Both the position numbers and the translations under genes were made by a program. Shown piece after piece: positions 22,856 through 32,000 of a DNA stretch of 32,000 nucleotides. The DNA is taken from contig CP064964.1 in the NCBI GenBank assembly GCA_016699205.1, forward strand, positions 390,001 to 422,000, read 5' to 3'. The notes beneath the pieces were generated by a model that was given only the letters and a program-made list of their open reading frames with translations, was not told the origin of the DNA and did no database searches. Each line of letters starts with the position of its first letter. Within the stretch, counting starts at the first letter, position 1. This DNA comes from Candidatus Saccharimonadota bacterium. GTDB taxonomy: Bacteria; Patescibacteriota; Patescibacteriia; 2-12-FULL-60-25.

Positions 22856-24061
22856 TTATTTCTTTTCCGCGGCCTTAAGCGCTGGCGTGATGAAGCGCAT
22901 TTTTGGGCCGTACTGCTTCCCGATTTCAGCTAGATTGCCGGACCGCATCAATTCAATAATACGTTCTTTATCTTCAATCCCGATCTGCCCCGAGCTCACG
23001 ACATCTTGTAGCGCTTCGGACAACGCTTCGAGATTATATTCCGTTTTTTTGCATTCCTTTTTTATGCTTTCCAAAAGTTGCGCAGAATCCTTCTCAGGAA
23101 ACGCGCGGTCCGCTTTGCGCAATTCTGCCATTTTCTTTTCGAGCTTCCCCTTGTCCAAGCCTGCCACGTCAGGGAGACCCGCCTCCACGGCGAGCAACAA
23201 TTCGTCGTTTCTCTTTGAAGCGGTAAGCGCGAGGAAGTTTGAAATATCCGGTTCACCCGTTATTCCGATTGAAGCCGTCGTGTCGATGAAACTTGCCGTA
23301 AGAGCCATGGCCTTTTCTTCTTCGGACATAGTCCCGAAGTATTCGCGATACGTTTTTGCGCTCGGTTTCGAGAACGAATATGCAACCTCGTGGTTTTCGA
23401 TGGCGACAAGGACGGACGGGTCCACCTCAACCTCGAGTCTGCGAGCTTCTTCCGCTCCTGCATCGCCATGTTTCTTTCCTACATTTGTCTTGTCGGACGG
23501 ATGATAATACGAAATACCCTCGATACCCGAGTTTTTCAACCATGCGCGCATAGCAACCGGATCGCCCTGCGCTTCTGCGGGAATGCGGGCCTGCCAGTCT
23601 TCCCACGCCACCTTCTCGCTCACCGCTTTTCCATCCGGACCCTTTGATTTGATCAACAGGGTATCCATCTTAGAAATGTCGTGGAGAAAAACATATTTTT
23701 CCAAAACATCCTCCTTTGCAATGGACGTTTCTTGCATGGTCGAGCGAACCTCGGCTGGAACCGATTCCGACATCTCGCCGGAACGCACTTCGCCCAAGCG
23801 CTGCAGAATCAAATCCAAATGCGTGTCCATGAACAAACCTTCGTTATGATACTCGCCCCATTGCGGAACATTGAACGAAGCTTTGATCTTGGCACGAACG
23901 GCTTCCGCCTTCTCACCGGGAAACAGTCGATCTACTGTGGCATTCAAGCGAGCAAGACGCTCCGGACGAGAATCGCGTTCTTTGATTGCACGCGCATCCC
24001 ATTCCGTATCAGGGATGGGTGGTTTTTGTGAAGGGCGTTCAGAAGGCCGTTCAGAGATCAT
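22856..24061 (-). CDS. HD-domain-like protein (putative metal-dependent phosphohydrolase)
   Basis: 401-aa ORF. H...HD pattern (FMDTHLDLIL ... YVFLHDISKMD). Mixed, native-type codon usage. N-terminal tandem SERP-SERP. Assignment is by motif only. Confidence 0.5.
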   Translation of the reverse strand: MISERPSERPSQKPPIPDTEWDARAIKERDSRPERLARLNATVDRLFPGEKAEAVRAKIKASFNVPQWGEYHNEGLFMDTHLDLILQRLGEVRSGEMSESVPAEVRSTMQETSIAKEDVLEKYVFLHDISKMDTLLIKSKGPDGKAVSEKVAWEDWQARIPAEAQGDPVAMRAWLKNSGIEGISYYHPSDKTNVGKKHGDAGAEEARRLEVEVDPSVLVAIENHEVAYSFSKPSAKTYREYFGTMSEEEKAMALTASFIDTTASIGITGEPDISNFLALTASKRNDELLLAVEAGLPDVAGLDKGKLEKKMAELRKADRAFPEKDSAQLLESIKKECKKTEYNLEALSEALQDVVSSGQIGIEDKERIIELMRSGNLAEIGKQYGPKMRFITPALKAAEKK

Positions 24062-24135
24062 ATTCTGTTACCTATTTTAACATTTTTTTGACTCTCCGTA
24101 AAATTTCGCTCATGTGAGCGCATTACCATGCGCCC

Positions 24136-24906
24136 CTACTCGTACCTTAACGCCTCAATCGGCGAGAGCTTAGAGGCTCGGCGCGCTGGTGCAAAACCAA
24201 AGACAATACCGATCACGGCGGAGACACTGAAAGCTAGGACAATGGAGTCGATAGAAAGCATGAATGTCCATCCGGGCTGGAATTGGTTCAGGATTTGGAT
24301 TGTTAGCCAGGACATCGCAATACCAAAAATAATCCCGATGATGCCACCTACCGATGTTACCGCGACGGCCTCAGCCATGAATTGACCGAGCACATCTACG
24401 CTTTTAGCGCCGAGCGCTTTGCGCAATCCGATTTCTGAAGTGCGCTCGGTTACCGTCACATACATAATGTTCATGATACCGATGCCACCAACGACAAGAG
24501 AGATGGCTGCAATCGAACCAAGCAAGATCGATAATACTTGGCCGATGGTGCCGGCATTTTTCTGCGCGTCTTCTTGGGTACCGACACGGAAATCGTCTTT
24601 GGAGAGCTCTGCGTTTGGATTATCCAGCTTATGCGTTTCGCGAAGCAGATACCGTACTTCTTCTTTCGCTTCATCCGGCGACATATCACGAGGCTTGATA
24701 CTCAAAAAATTGAGGCGATCCTTGTTGAACAAGTCCATCGCCGAGGTCAGCGGGATATAGATAAGATCATCCAGCTTCGTAAAGAAGCGCGTGCCGGCTT
24801 TTTCCATAACACCGACGACGCGATAGTTCACGCGGCGGATTTTGATGAGCTTCCCAACCGCCGATTCGTCGCCAAATAATTCACGCGCCACATTGCTCCC
24901 AATCAC
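24136..24906 (-). CDS. ABC-transporter permease (MacB/FtsX family), C-terminal two thirds of a frame-shifted gene
   Basis: IGSNVARELFGDESAVGKLIKIRRVNYRVVGVMEKAGTRFF... parallels residues 150-405 of the adjacent paralog. FtsX TM helices are present, ending FGFAPARRASKLSPIEALRYE*. Confidence 0.8.
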   Translation of the reverse strand: MIGSNVARELFGDESAVGKLIKIRRVNYRVVGVMEKAGTRFFTKLDDLIYIPLTSAMDLFNKDRLNFLSIKPRDMSPDEAKEEVRYLLRETHKLDNPNAELSKDDFRVGTQEDAQKNAGTIGQVLSILLGSIAAISLVVGGIGIMNIMYVTVTERTSEIGLRKALGAKSVDVLGQFMAEAVAVTSVGGIIGIIFGIAMSWLTIQILNQFQPGWTFMLSIDSIVLAFSVSAVIGIVFGFAPARRASKLSPIEALRYE

Positions 24907-25367
24907 GGCGACCTTGGCGCGGCCATCGATGTCATCGTCGAGGAGAAAGCGCCTTCGGCGAGATCGGCGGGGTAGATTTCAATTTCTCCGGGCGTAGATC
25001 CCCAGAGTGAAACGTTCATATTCTCCGGACCATCGGACGCTACGGCCGTACTCACGATCGTCCCAAGTACCGACTCGACCCAGGACTGACGCTTGAGTTC
25101 TCGATAATCCTTGTAGGTGAGCGTCAACTTTTGAAGCGGGCTTGGTCCCCCGCCGCTTTGGTCGCCGGAGCCGTTAGAGATAATAACGACATCCGGTCCA
25201 AACGATGCGACGTTGGCGAGGAGAAAATTTTCGGCAGCTTTTCCAACCGAGAGCATCAAAATCACGGATCCGATACCGATCACGATTCCGAGCATCGTTA
25301 AAACCGCACGCGCCTTGTTGCGGATAAGGCTCTTGAAGGAGATGGAGACGAGATCGCGTACGTGCAT
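24903..25367 (-). CDS. ABC-transporter permease (MacB/FtsX family), N-terminal third of the same frame-shifted gene
   Basis: ATG 25367 lies 1 nt after the upstream TAA (MHVRDLVSISFKSLIRNKARAVLTMLGIVIGIGSVILMLS...). The frame is lost after ...YPADLAEG; the expected RFLLDDDIDGRAKVAVIGSN is read after adding 1 nt near 24949-24953. Confidence 0.8.
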   Translation of the reverse strand: MHVRDLVSISFKSLIRNKARAVLTMLGIVIGIGSVILMLSVGKAAENFLLANVASFGPDVVIISNGSGDQSGGGPSPLQKLTLTYKDYRELKRQSWVESVLGTIVSTAVASDGPENMNVSLWGSTPGEIEIYPADLAEGAFSSTMTSMAAPRSP

Positions 25368-25368
25368 A

Positions 25369-26586
25369 TTAGTCTTTGCGGAGCGCCTCGATCGGATTAA
25401 GTAGCGACGCCTTACGCGCAGGAGCAAAACCAAAGATCACGCCGATGGTTGTTGAAACAAAAAATCCCAGCGCCATACCAGTCGTCGAGACGGCAAAAGA
25501 CCAGCCGGATTGGAAGGACGAGATCGCGAGAATAGCGATATACGATAATCCGATACCCAAGAGAATCCCAATGATGCCTCCGACGCCCGTCAGGACAATC
25601 GCCTCGATCAAGAACTGCGACAAGACATCCCGGCTACGCGCGCCAAGCGACTTACGCAGACCGATTTCACGGGTGCGCTCCGTAACCGAGACGTACATGA
25701 TGTTCATGATGCCTATGCCGCCTACAAGCAGCGAGATAGCGGCGATGGCCGTCAGCAAGATCCCGAGAATATCGGTAATCTGGGTCGCGGTCTTTACAAG
25801 CTCTTCTTGTGAGAGCACGTTAAAATCATCCTCTTCCCCGAGATCAATATTGTGGCGGTCGCGAAGGACATCCTGGATACGTCGCATGCCGTCGGTGATG
25901 GAGAGCAGGTTGGTACGGAGGACAAATGCCTGAACGTACTTCTTATTATAGAGATCGAGTCCTGCTGTTACGGGTATATAGATATTCCGATCCACATTAT
26001 CAAAGCCGCGCGTGCCGACTTTTTCCATCACGCCAACGACGCGGAAGTTTTGCCGGCTCACACGCACGGTTTTTCCCACGGCACTTTCATCGCCAAATAA
26101 TTCTCGGGCTATTTCCGCTCCAAGAACCGTAACGCGCGCACGGGAGTCGATGTCATCTTCCGTGAGAAAGAGTCCTTGTGCGGGCTTGATATCGTAAAAC
26201 TTGATTTCATCCGGCATCGTGGCCGTGACTTTTCCCTCGCGCTCGACGCCATTGGCAATGATTTTGTCATTCTGTTCAACACTCGCAATAGCCAAATCAA
26301 TCCAGGACTTTTGCTTGATCGCTTTCAAGTCGTCGAATGTCAAAACCTCTTCTGCAAAGGCGTTGGTAAAACTACCGGAGCTTGGCGGACCATTAGCGAC
26401 AATGATGAGCCCCGAGCCAAATGAGTTGACCGTGCTTACGATATAACGCTCGGCCGCTTCTGCTATCGATAAAACCAGAATCACGGAAGTGATTCCAATA
26501 ATGATACCGAGCATGGTCAGCGCTGTGCGCCCCTTGGTGCGCCCTAGGCTGTCGAATGCCGATTTGATCAGGTCGCGGATATGCAT
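25369..26586 (-). CDS. ABC-transporter permease (MacB-like periplasmic domain + FtsX domain)
   Basis: 405 aa. N-terminal TM, a periplasmic core, and three C-terminal TM helices with the FGFAPARKASLLNPIEALR signature. Confidence 0.85.
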   Translation of the reverse strand: MHIRDLIKSAFDSLGRTKGRTALTMLGIIIGITSVILVLSIAEAAERYIVSTVNSFGSGLIIVANGPPSSGSFTNAFAEEVLTFDDLKAIKQKSWIDLAIASVEQNDKIIANGVEREGKVTATMPDEIKFYDIKPAQGLFLTEDDIDSRARVTVLGAEIARELFGDESAVGKTVRVSRQNFRVVGVMEKVGTRGFDNVDRNIYIPVTAGLDLYNKKYVQAFVLRTNLLSITDGMRRIQDVLRDRHNIDLGEEDDFNVLSQEELVKTATQITDILGILLTAIAAISLLVGGIGIMNIMYVSVTERTREIGLRKSLGARSRDVLSQFLIEAIVLTGVGGIIGILLGIGLSYIAILAISSFQSGWSFAVSTTGMALGFFVSTTIGVIFGFAPARKASLLNPIEALRKD

Positions 26587-26617
26587 GGGGCAGTGGTTAG
26601 TTTTCAGTGGTCAGGGA

Positions 26618-27355
26618 TTACTTCTTCAACTCGCGCTCGCCGAGTTTGTGGCGCTCGCCGTCTAGACGACGGTCACTTACGAGGAGGCCATCACGCAAGG
26701 TGAGAATGCGCTCGGCGTAAGCAGCGGTGTCGGTCTCGTGGGTGACAAGAATGATGGTGTGACCTTTCTTCAGGTTGAGCTCTAACAATGTATCCATGAC
26801 AGCTTGGCCGTTTTTGGAATCGAGGTTTCCCGTCGGTTCATCGGCGAAGATCACCGAAGGTTTGCGAACAAGGGCGCGGGCGATCGCGACACGCTGACGC
26901 TCACCGCCAGAGAGCTGGTTAGAAAGGTTCTTCACACGATGACGGAGACCGACAATATCGATGGCTTCCATAGCAAGTTTTTCCCGGTCTCTCAGCGGCA
27001 CGTCCGAGTACAGAAGCGGGAGCATGACGTTCTCGAGCACGGTGGTCTTTGGAAGCAAGTTGAAGGACTGAAAAATGAAACCGACCTTCTCTCCGCGCAT
27101 GGCGGCGAGTTCATCGTCTTCCATTTTTGAGACGTCGCGACCTTCAAACAAATATTTTCCACCCGTGAGCGTGTCGAGGAAGCCGAGAATCTGCATCAAG
27201 GTCGACTTGCCGGAGCCGGACGGGCCCATGATGGCCACGAATTCTCCTTTGGGAATTTCAAAGTCAATGCCATGCAGGACATGCGTCGGCACTCCGTCGT
27301 TGTAGTAGGCTTTTTTCAAGCCCTCAACGCGGATGACAGCCGGATTCTTAGACAT
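26618..27355 (-). CDS. ABC-transporter ATP-binding protein (MacB/LolD type)
   Basis: Walker A GPSGSGKST, ABC signature LSGGERQRVAIARAL, Walker B VIFADEPTGNLD. Confidence 0.9.
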   Translation of the reverse strand: MSKNPAVIRVEGLKKAYYNDGVPTHVLHGIDFEIPKGEFVAIMGPSGSGKSTLMQILGFLDTLTGGKYLFEGRDVSKMEDDELAAMRGEKVGFIFQSFNLLPKTTVLENVMLPLLYSDVPLRDREKLAMEAIDIVGLRHRVKNLSNQLSGGERQRVAIARALVRKPSVIFADEPTGNLDSKNGQAVMDTLLELNLKKGHTIILVTHETDTAAYAERILTLRDGLLVSDRRLDGERHKLGERELKK

Positions 27356-27358
27356 AAT

Positions 27359-29227
27359 TTAGTTTCCTACTTTGGCTTCAGCCTCCAATTTACCGAATTC
27401 GTCAGCAGAGACCTCGCTAATGACAACGATCTGCTCCTCACTCAAACCTTTCACGACTTCCGCGCGGCCTTCATCACCGCGGAGACCGAGTTCAATGTCC
27501 GCATCTTTCACGCTTCCACCCGCAATGACACGTACATAGCGCTGGCCATCGCGCTCGCGGATCGAACGAGTCGGAATGACGAGAACATTCTCACGATTGC
27601 CGGTTTTCACGGTGAGGTTGGCGGTCATACCAGGCTTGATGTCGCGGCCGGCGGCGTCGATAGCGACGTAGACCTTGTAGTAGATAGCGTCCGAGACTTT
27701 TGTTTGGTCGGGGTTTTCCGAAATGACTTTGCCGACAAATTTTACATCGTCTCCAAAAGCGTCGAGCGTGATCTCAACGGTTTGGTCTGGTGAAACTTTG
27801 ACGATGTCTGCTTCCGGAACAAGTGCTTCCACAGAATAACCCTCCGTCGAGACCATTTTCACAGCTGTGACATTAGCGCCGACTTGCTCGCCAATGCTCG
27901 GGATGATGTCGGTGACGACGCCGTCGACCGGAGCAATGATTTGTACGTCCGCAAGGCGTTCGCGGGCTTGCTGATAGGCGGTTTGTGCATCGAGGACTTG
28001 GGCGCGGAGACCGGCGACATCGACAGAGCGCGGGGCGGCTTGGCGCAAGTCGAGCGTTGCTTGCTGGATCGCAAGATTTGTTTCTGCCGTTTTGACCTTC
28101 GTCACCAAATTTTTCTGCGCGATATCGTAATTTGCCTTGGCGGTGTCATACGCGATCTGCAAGGTTTCTTTGGAACCGCTTTGCGAGATGGAGCTTGAGC
28201 GCGCCGTCTCGATGTAGTTGGTGATGCTCGTGAGATTTGTGCTCACGCTTGCACGATCTGCATCGATGCCGGCTTTTTTGGAAGCAAGCGACGTCTCGCT
28301 CAAGTTGATATTGGTAATAGAACCGGCGAGCACCTTCTGAACTTCATCGAGGTAGAGCTGGGTTTTTCGGAGCGCATCCTGCATCTGCTCGCCTACCGCG
28401 AGAACGGTTTCATTTGGTGTCGAGGATGTGAGGTTGCGCGCCGCTGTGTCGACGGCATTCACGGCATTCTTGGCGATCGGGTACGCCTGCTTGGCACGCT
28501 CAAATGCGTCGCGCGCGTAAATACCGAGCACGCCTTCATACAAGTCATTGGCCGAGGTGTTGTCGACGCCGATTTCCGCGTCGCCATCGATAAGACCGGA
28601 ACGCATCGGGCCGAGTGCGCCTTGGAGTGCCGAGCGGAGATTGGCGTAGGAGGCGGAGACGGTCTGCTCGGAGGTGTTGCCACTTGTTTCAAAATCGACG
28701 CGTGCTTTTTCCAAGGCAAGTTCAGAAACGCGTAACTCATTTTGGACGTTCAAGCGCGTGGCCTCGAGATCGGCCTTAGCTTGGTCGACTTGGGCTTGGG
28801 CGATCGCAATTGTCTCTTTTGTTTCTCCGGCGAGACGCGCATCCAAGTTGGCTTGCGCGATGGCGAGCGCGGCACGGGCGCGCTCTGAGGCAAAACGGAG
28901 ATCGCGGCTCTGGAGCTCAGCGATCACATCACCTCGTTTTACGATCGAACCAACCTTTTTATAAATACTTTCGAATGGGGCTGTACTGGAAAAAGCGAGG
29001 TTCAACCGTGCATCCGGCTTAATTTCGCCGGTGACTTCTACTGTTTGGACAACATTCCCCTTCTCCACTTTGCGGGTTTCATAAAATGGGCCTTCATTGC
29101 CGCCGCGACCAAATGCAAACCAGGCGCCACCGAGGACGATGATGGAGATAATCCAAAACCACTTGTTCTTTAAAAATCGGAAGCGAGACTTCTTGGGTAC
29201 CATTGTCTGTTCTTGGGTGTTTTCCAT
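27359..29227 (-). CDS. HlyD/MacA-family periplasmic adaptor with a very long coiled-coil hairpin
   Basis: 622 aa. N-terminal TM (WFWIISIIVLGGAWFAF), a lipoyl-like motif (VKRGDVIAELQSRDL...VDGVVTDI), and extended Ala/Gln-rich coiled coils. It is the first gene of the efflux operon. Confidence 0.8.
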   Translation of the reverse strand: MENTQEQTMVPKKSRFRFLKNKWFWIISIIVLGGAWFAFGRGGNEGPFYETRKVEKGNVVQTVEVTGEIKPDARLNLAFSSTAPFESIYKKVGSIVKRGDVIAELQSRDLRFASERARAALAIAQANLDARLAGETKETIAIAQAQVDQAKADLEATRLNVQNELRVSELALEKARVDFETSGNTSEQTVSASYANLRSALQGALGPMRSGLIDGDAEIGVDNTSANDLYEGVLGIYARDAFERAKQAYPIAKNAVNAVDTAARNLTSSTPNETVLAVGEQMQDALRKTQLYLDEVQKVLAGSITNINLSETSLASKKAGIDADRASVSTNLTSITNYIETARSSSISQSGSKETLQIAYDTAKANYDIAQKNLVTKVKTAETNLAIQQATLDLRQAAPRSVDVAGLRAQVLDAQTAYQQARERLADVQIIAPVDGVVTDIIPSIGEQVGANVTAVKMVSTEGYSVEALVPEADIVKVSPDQTVEITLDAFGDDVKFVGKVISENPDQTKVSDAIYYKVYVAIDAAGRDIKPGMTANLTVKTGNRENVLVIPTRSIRERDGQRYVRVIAGGSVKDADIELGLRGDEGRAEVVKGLSEEQIVVISEVSADEFGKLEAEAKVGN

Positions 29228-29271
29228 AAATAGTCGGCTTCCTCCAAAACCGGATTGTTAGTAATGATGGC

Positions 29272-29502
29272 TTATTTACCTAGAACCGAATTAATCTTAT
29301 CGTACATACCTTTAACAAATTCCTTCATTTCATCGGCCTTGATGAGACAGATGGGGCCGTCGCCATGCTGCATGACAACGAGACGAGCTCCTGCTTCAAG
29401 GCCCATTTTATCACGAAACTCCTTAGGAACGACTACTTGGCCGCGTTCACCCATGACGGTGGAGCCGAGGAGATGGTCGTCGGGATTGAAGCTAGATTTC
29501 AT
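29272..29502 (-). CDS. AbrB/MazE/SpoVT-family DNA-binding protein
   Basis: 76 aa. MGERGQVVVPKEFRDKMGLEAGARLVV is a typical SpoVT-AbrB swapped-hairpin motif. Confidence 0.75.
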   Translation of the reverse strand: MKSSFNPDDHLLGSTVMGERGQVVVPKEFRDKMGLEAGARLVVMQHGDGPICLIKADEMKEFVKGMYDKINSVLGK

Positions 29503-29595
29503 AGGATATGAACGGTATGAATAGTATGAAATTGAACGACAAAAGTCAAGGTTGGGGCTAGACAGGAAGCGAAAAATTAGCTATACCTAGCGCCA

Positions 29596-30633
29596 ATGGA
29601 AACTTCCCTGTTTGACTATCCCCTCCCGCCTGAGCGGATTGCACAGAAATCAATGGAACCGCGTGAAGCGGCAAAGCTTTTGGTTTTGGATCGAAAGACA
29701 GGAATGGTTCAGGATAAGCATGTACGCGACTTGCCCGGACTTTTGCGCAAAGGCGATCTTTTGATTTTTAATGATTCCAAAGTTTTTAAGGCGAGACTCA
29801 AGGCGGTGATCTACGGAAAGAATACGCGCGAGGCGGGAAAGGAAGTTGAGATTTTCTTACTTCGTCCGGATGGTGACATGTGGATCGCTCTTGCTCGACC
29901 GGGAAAAAAACTGCATTCAGGATGCCGCGTCATGTTTGAGGATGGAAGCAAAGCGCGCGTGATGGGGAAACGCGAAGACGGGACGGTCGACATTGATTTT
30001 GGAATTCATCCGGATCAAGTATTTGAACTTGCCGATCAATATGGCGAGGTTCCGGTTCCGCCGTATGTGGAGGCGACAAAGGAAAATACTTCCGCGTATC
30101 AGACCGCGTATGCCAAGCACGTCGGATCGGTTGCGGCTCCGACGGCAGGGTTTCATTTTACGAATGCGTTGCTCGACGAGTTGAAAAATAAAGGAATAGA
30201 GACGGCGTTCGTCACCCTACACGTCGGCATCGGAACATTTCGTCCTATGAAGAGTGAGACGCTTGGCGAGCATGTGATGCACGAGGAGTGGGCGCACGTC
30301 TCAAAAGAGACAATTTCAATGGTTCAAAAAGCGAAACAAGAAGGAAGACGCGTGATTGTTGTTGGTACGACGGCGATGCGCGCTCTTGAAAGTTGGGCCG
30401 TAAAATCGGAAAAACGCGAGGAATGGAGCGGGTTCACGGATTTGTTCATTACTCCGGGTTTTGATTTCAAGATTGCTGACGGATTGATGACGAATTTCCA
30501 TCTTCCAAAGTCGACGCTGATCGTGCTTGTTTCCTCTTTTGCCGGACGCGAGAACGTGATGAGCGCGTACAAACACGCGATCGACAATCATTACCGCTTC
30601 TATTCTTTTGGCGATGCAATGCTGATTATTTAA
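29596..30633 (+). CDS. queA: tRNA preQ1(34) S-adenosylmethionine ribosyltransferase-isomerase
   Basis: Full-length family-typical motifs: FDYPLPPERIAQ, PVPPYV, TAGFHFT, HVGIGTFRP, VGTTAMRALES, SFGDAMLI. Confidence 0.95.
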   Translation: METSLFDYPLPPERIAQKSMEPREAAKLLVLDRKTGMVQDKHVRDLPGLLRKGDLLIFNDSKVFKARLKAVIYGKNTREAGKEVEIFLLRPDGDMWIALARPGKKLHSGCRVMFEDGSKARVMGKREDGTVDIDFGIHPDQVFELADQYGEVPVPPYVEATKENTSAYQTAYAKHVGSVAAPTAGFHFTNALLDELKNKGIETAFVTLHVGIGTFRPMKSETLGEHVMHEEWAHVSKETISMVQKAKQEGRRVIVVGTTAMRALESWAVKSEKREEWSGFTDLFITPGFDFKIADGLMTNFHLPKSTLIVLVSSFAGRENVMSAYKHAIDNHYRFYSFGDAMLII

Positions 30634-32000
30634 TTACTGAACGATTCCTTTTCCGTTGGCGCGCACATCTTCTGGAAGCGAGGCGTCCAATCCACCCGAG
30701 AGGGATTCTAGTTTGATTCCGGAAACAACTTCTACTGCTTCACCCGAAATCGACTGGATAAGCACCGGTATTGTTCCGCGCATGTTCTCCGTTGGCGTCA
30801 GAGCGATTTCAAATCGGACGGTAGCGCCCTCGCTGTTGGCAGCAAGATATGGGAGCGTCCAGATCACATCGCCTTCTGCTTCTGACAGACCACCGCCAGA
30901 AGGAAGTGCGTCGCGGCCGGTGAGCATGACGCCGGCGGGTAATCGCATACGCAGAACGATATTGGAGAGATCCTTGGTTGTTGCGCCGACCATCGCCTGG
31001 AACCAGTAACGTGTTTCCTCGCCGACACGAGGCGGGAGAGGCCCGATACCTATTTGATCGCCGGTTGTGGCGTAGTAGCGAATGGCGGATGTGACATTAA
31101 AAGGCGTGGTTACGCGCGATTCTGCGATAGGACCGTATCCTTTTGGCGTTGAAGCGACGGCGTACCAAGCCGCATCATCGGCCGGACGGTCGAGCGGAAT
31201 ATTGAGCGATGTATTTCCGGCAGGAACATCAAATGTTTTGGTATGCGGATGCGCGAGACCCGGGTGATAGACCTCGACTTTGCCAACAGAAGGCATGCTG
31301 ACATCGAGGCGTGCCGTGTCCCCCGTTGATGGACGGAGCGTGACAATGGCCGTTGGATCCGAGAGGCCGGCAACGAACTCACGCTCAACAAGAGGGAAAG
31401 CACGCATGAGCGCGGAAGCGTGACCCGGCTCTGCAAAAATAATTTCATCCTGATCCGGTTCAAGCGTCTCGATGAATGATTGATCAAAACCAACAAGCGT
31501 TATGTCGTCGAGACGCCTGTTGCTGCGATTGGATATTCGGGTCGGGATACGGCCATCGATCAGTGTTGCGCCGTTAAACAACGGCTCGAGCAATAGGGCA
31601 GAACTTTCTATCGTTCTATTTTCATAACCCGTCAGAATGCGCTGTCCATCGTTTACTTGAAAACCAAAACGCAATGCTCCGGGAGGCGCAAAGAAACGTA
31701 CGACGAGACGAGAGATCGCGTTTTCACCTGATTTTATTGAGCCTAAGCTTGCTTCTCCGAGAGCGTTAAGCGGCGGATCTGCCTCGATAATTTCCGTGCC
31801 AGCGGGCAAGCTCCATCGCAACGTGACGAGGCCTTTTGAATCGGAACCGCGAGCATCGACCTCTGCAATCAAGGCTTGAGGTGCGGCGCTTTTAAGCGGG
31901 GCGGTTGTAAAAATAAGACCGAGTGAAGGAGTCGGAGCCGGAACAGCCATGTAAATAACGATGTTGATCGCGACAAGCGTGGCGGCGATACCAAAGATCG
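30634..32000 (-). CDS. large hypothetical membrane-anchored protein, N-terminus outside the window
   Basis: The 438-aa track ORF starts at ATG 31950, but the frame stays open to the right edge and encodes a TM-like IFGIAATLVAINIVIY upstream. Its stop directly abuts the queA stop (convergent, no spacer). No family recognised. Confidence 0.6.
   Translation of the reverse strand, partial: IFGIAATLVAINIVIYMAVPAPTPSLGLIFTTAPLKSAAPQALIAEVDARGSDSKGLVTLRWSLPAGTEIIEADPPLNALGEASLGSIKSGENAISRLVVRFFAPPGALRFGFQVNDGQRILTGYENRTIESSALLLEPLFNGATLIDGRIPTRISNRSNRRLDDITLVGFDQSFIETLEPDQDEIIFAEPGHASALMRAFPLVEREFVAGLSDPTAIVTLRPSTGDTARLDVSMPSVGKVEVYHPGLAHPHTKTFDVPAGNTSLNIPLDRPADDAAWYAVASTPKGYGPIAESRVTTPFNVTSAIRYYATTGDQIGIGPLPPRVGEETRYWFQAMVGATTKDLSNIVLRMRLPAGVMLTGRDALPSGGGLSEAEGDVIWTLPYLAANSEGATVRFEIALTPTENMRGTIPVLIQSISGEAVEVVSGIKLESLSGGLDASLPEDVRANGKGIVQ

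Noticed and set aside
1-32000. Alternative genetic code (UGA or UAA reassignment) as the explanation for the interrupted genes.
   Set aside because: Conserved genes (cysS, dnaJ, queA, the ABC ATPase) are full length under code 11 and end at TGA, TAA or TAG. No conserved gene shows an in-frame TGA. TAA is used as a normal stop by neighbouring genes such as hrcA, grpE and ftsX1, so one internal TAA in nrdD does not support recoding.
1-32000. tRNA, rRNA, CRISPR arrays, IS elements or transposases.
   Set aside because: The intergenic regions are short and I saw no T-loop or acceptor-like tRNA signatures. The only regularly spaced repeats are the terminator modules described above. No ORF has DDE, tyrosine-recombinase or serine-recombinase-like motifs.

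Overview
Code-11 bacterial chromosome segment, almost entirely minus-strand. Gene content suggests a small-genome, possibly CPR/Patescibacteria-like organism (inference only). Recognisable genes, left to right: a membrane-anchored VirD4/VirB4-like ATPase module, cysS, nrdG and nrdD, a PAS-sigma fusion, a CvpA-like membrane protein and two unknown genes bounded by a repeated palindrome. Then come a CIRCE-controlled hrcA-grpE-dnaK-(DUF3467-like)-(small TM)-dnaJ operon, an HD-domain protein, a MacAB-like efflux operon (adaptor, ATPase, two FtsX permeases), an AbrB-like gene, queA and a large membrane-anchored unknown. No tRNA, rRNA, CRISPR array, transposase or integrase was seen. The best candidate for something new is a roughly 6 kb island (about 16.8-22.8 kb) between hrcA and the efflux operon. 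It holds ten co-oriented small genes with G/C-ending codons and no family I can name, apart from a degenerate Nudix and a degenerate HAD-like protein. They form seven units, most with a TTGACA -35 box, a strong Shine-Dalgarno and a hairpin terminator, and three units are translationally coupled pairs. Decayed native genes and direct repeats that copy the 3' ends of upstream genes are interleaved with them. Four conserved genes carry lesions: an in-frame TAA in nrdD and 1-nt frameshifts in dnaK, ftsX and a methyltransferase. These may be assembly errors and need read-level checks.
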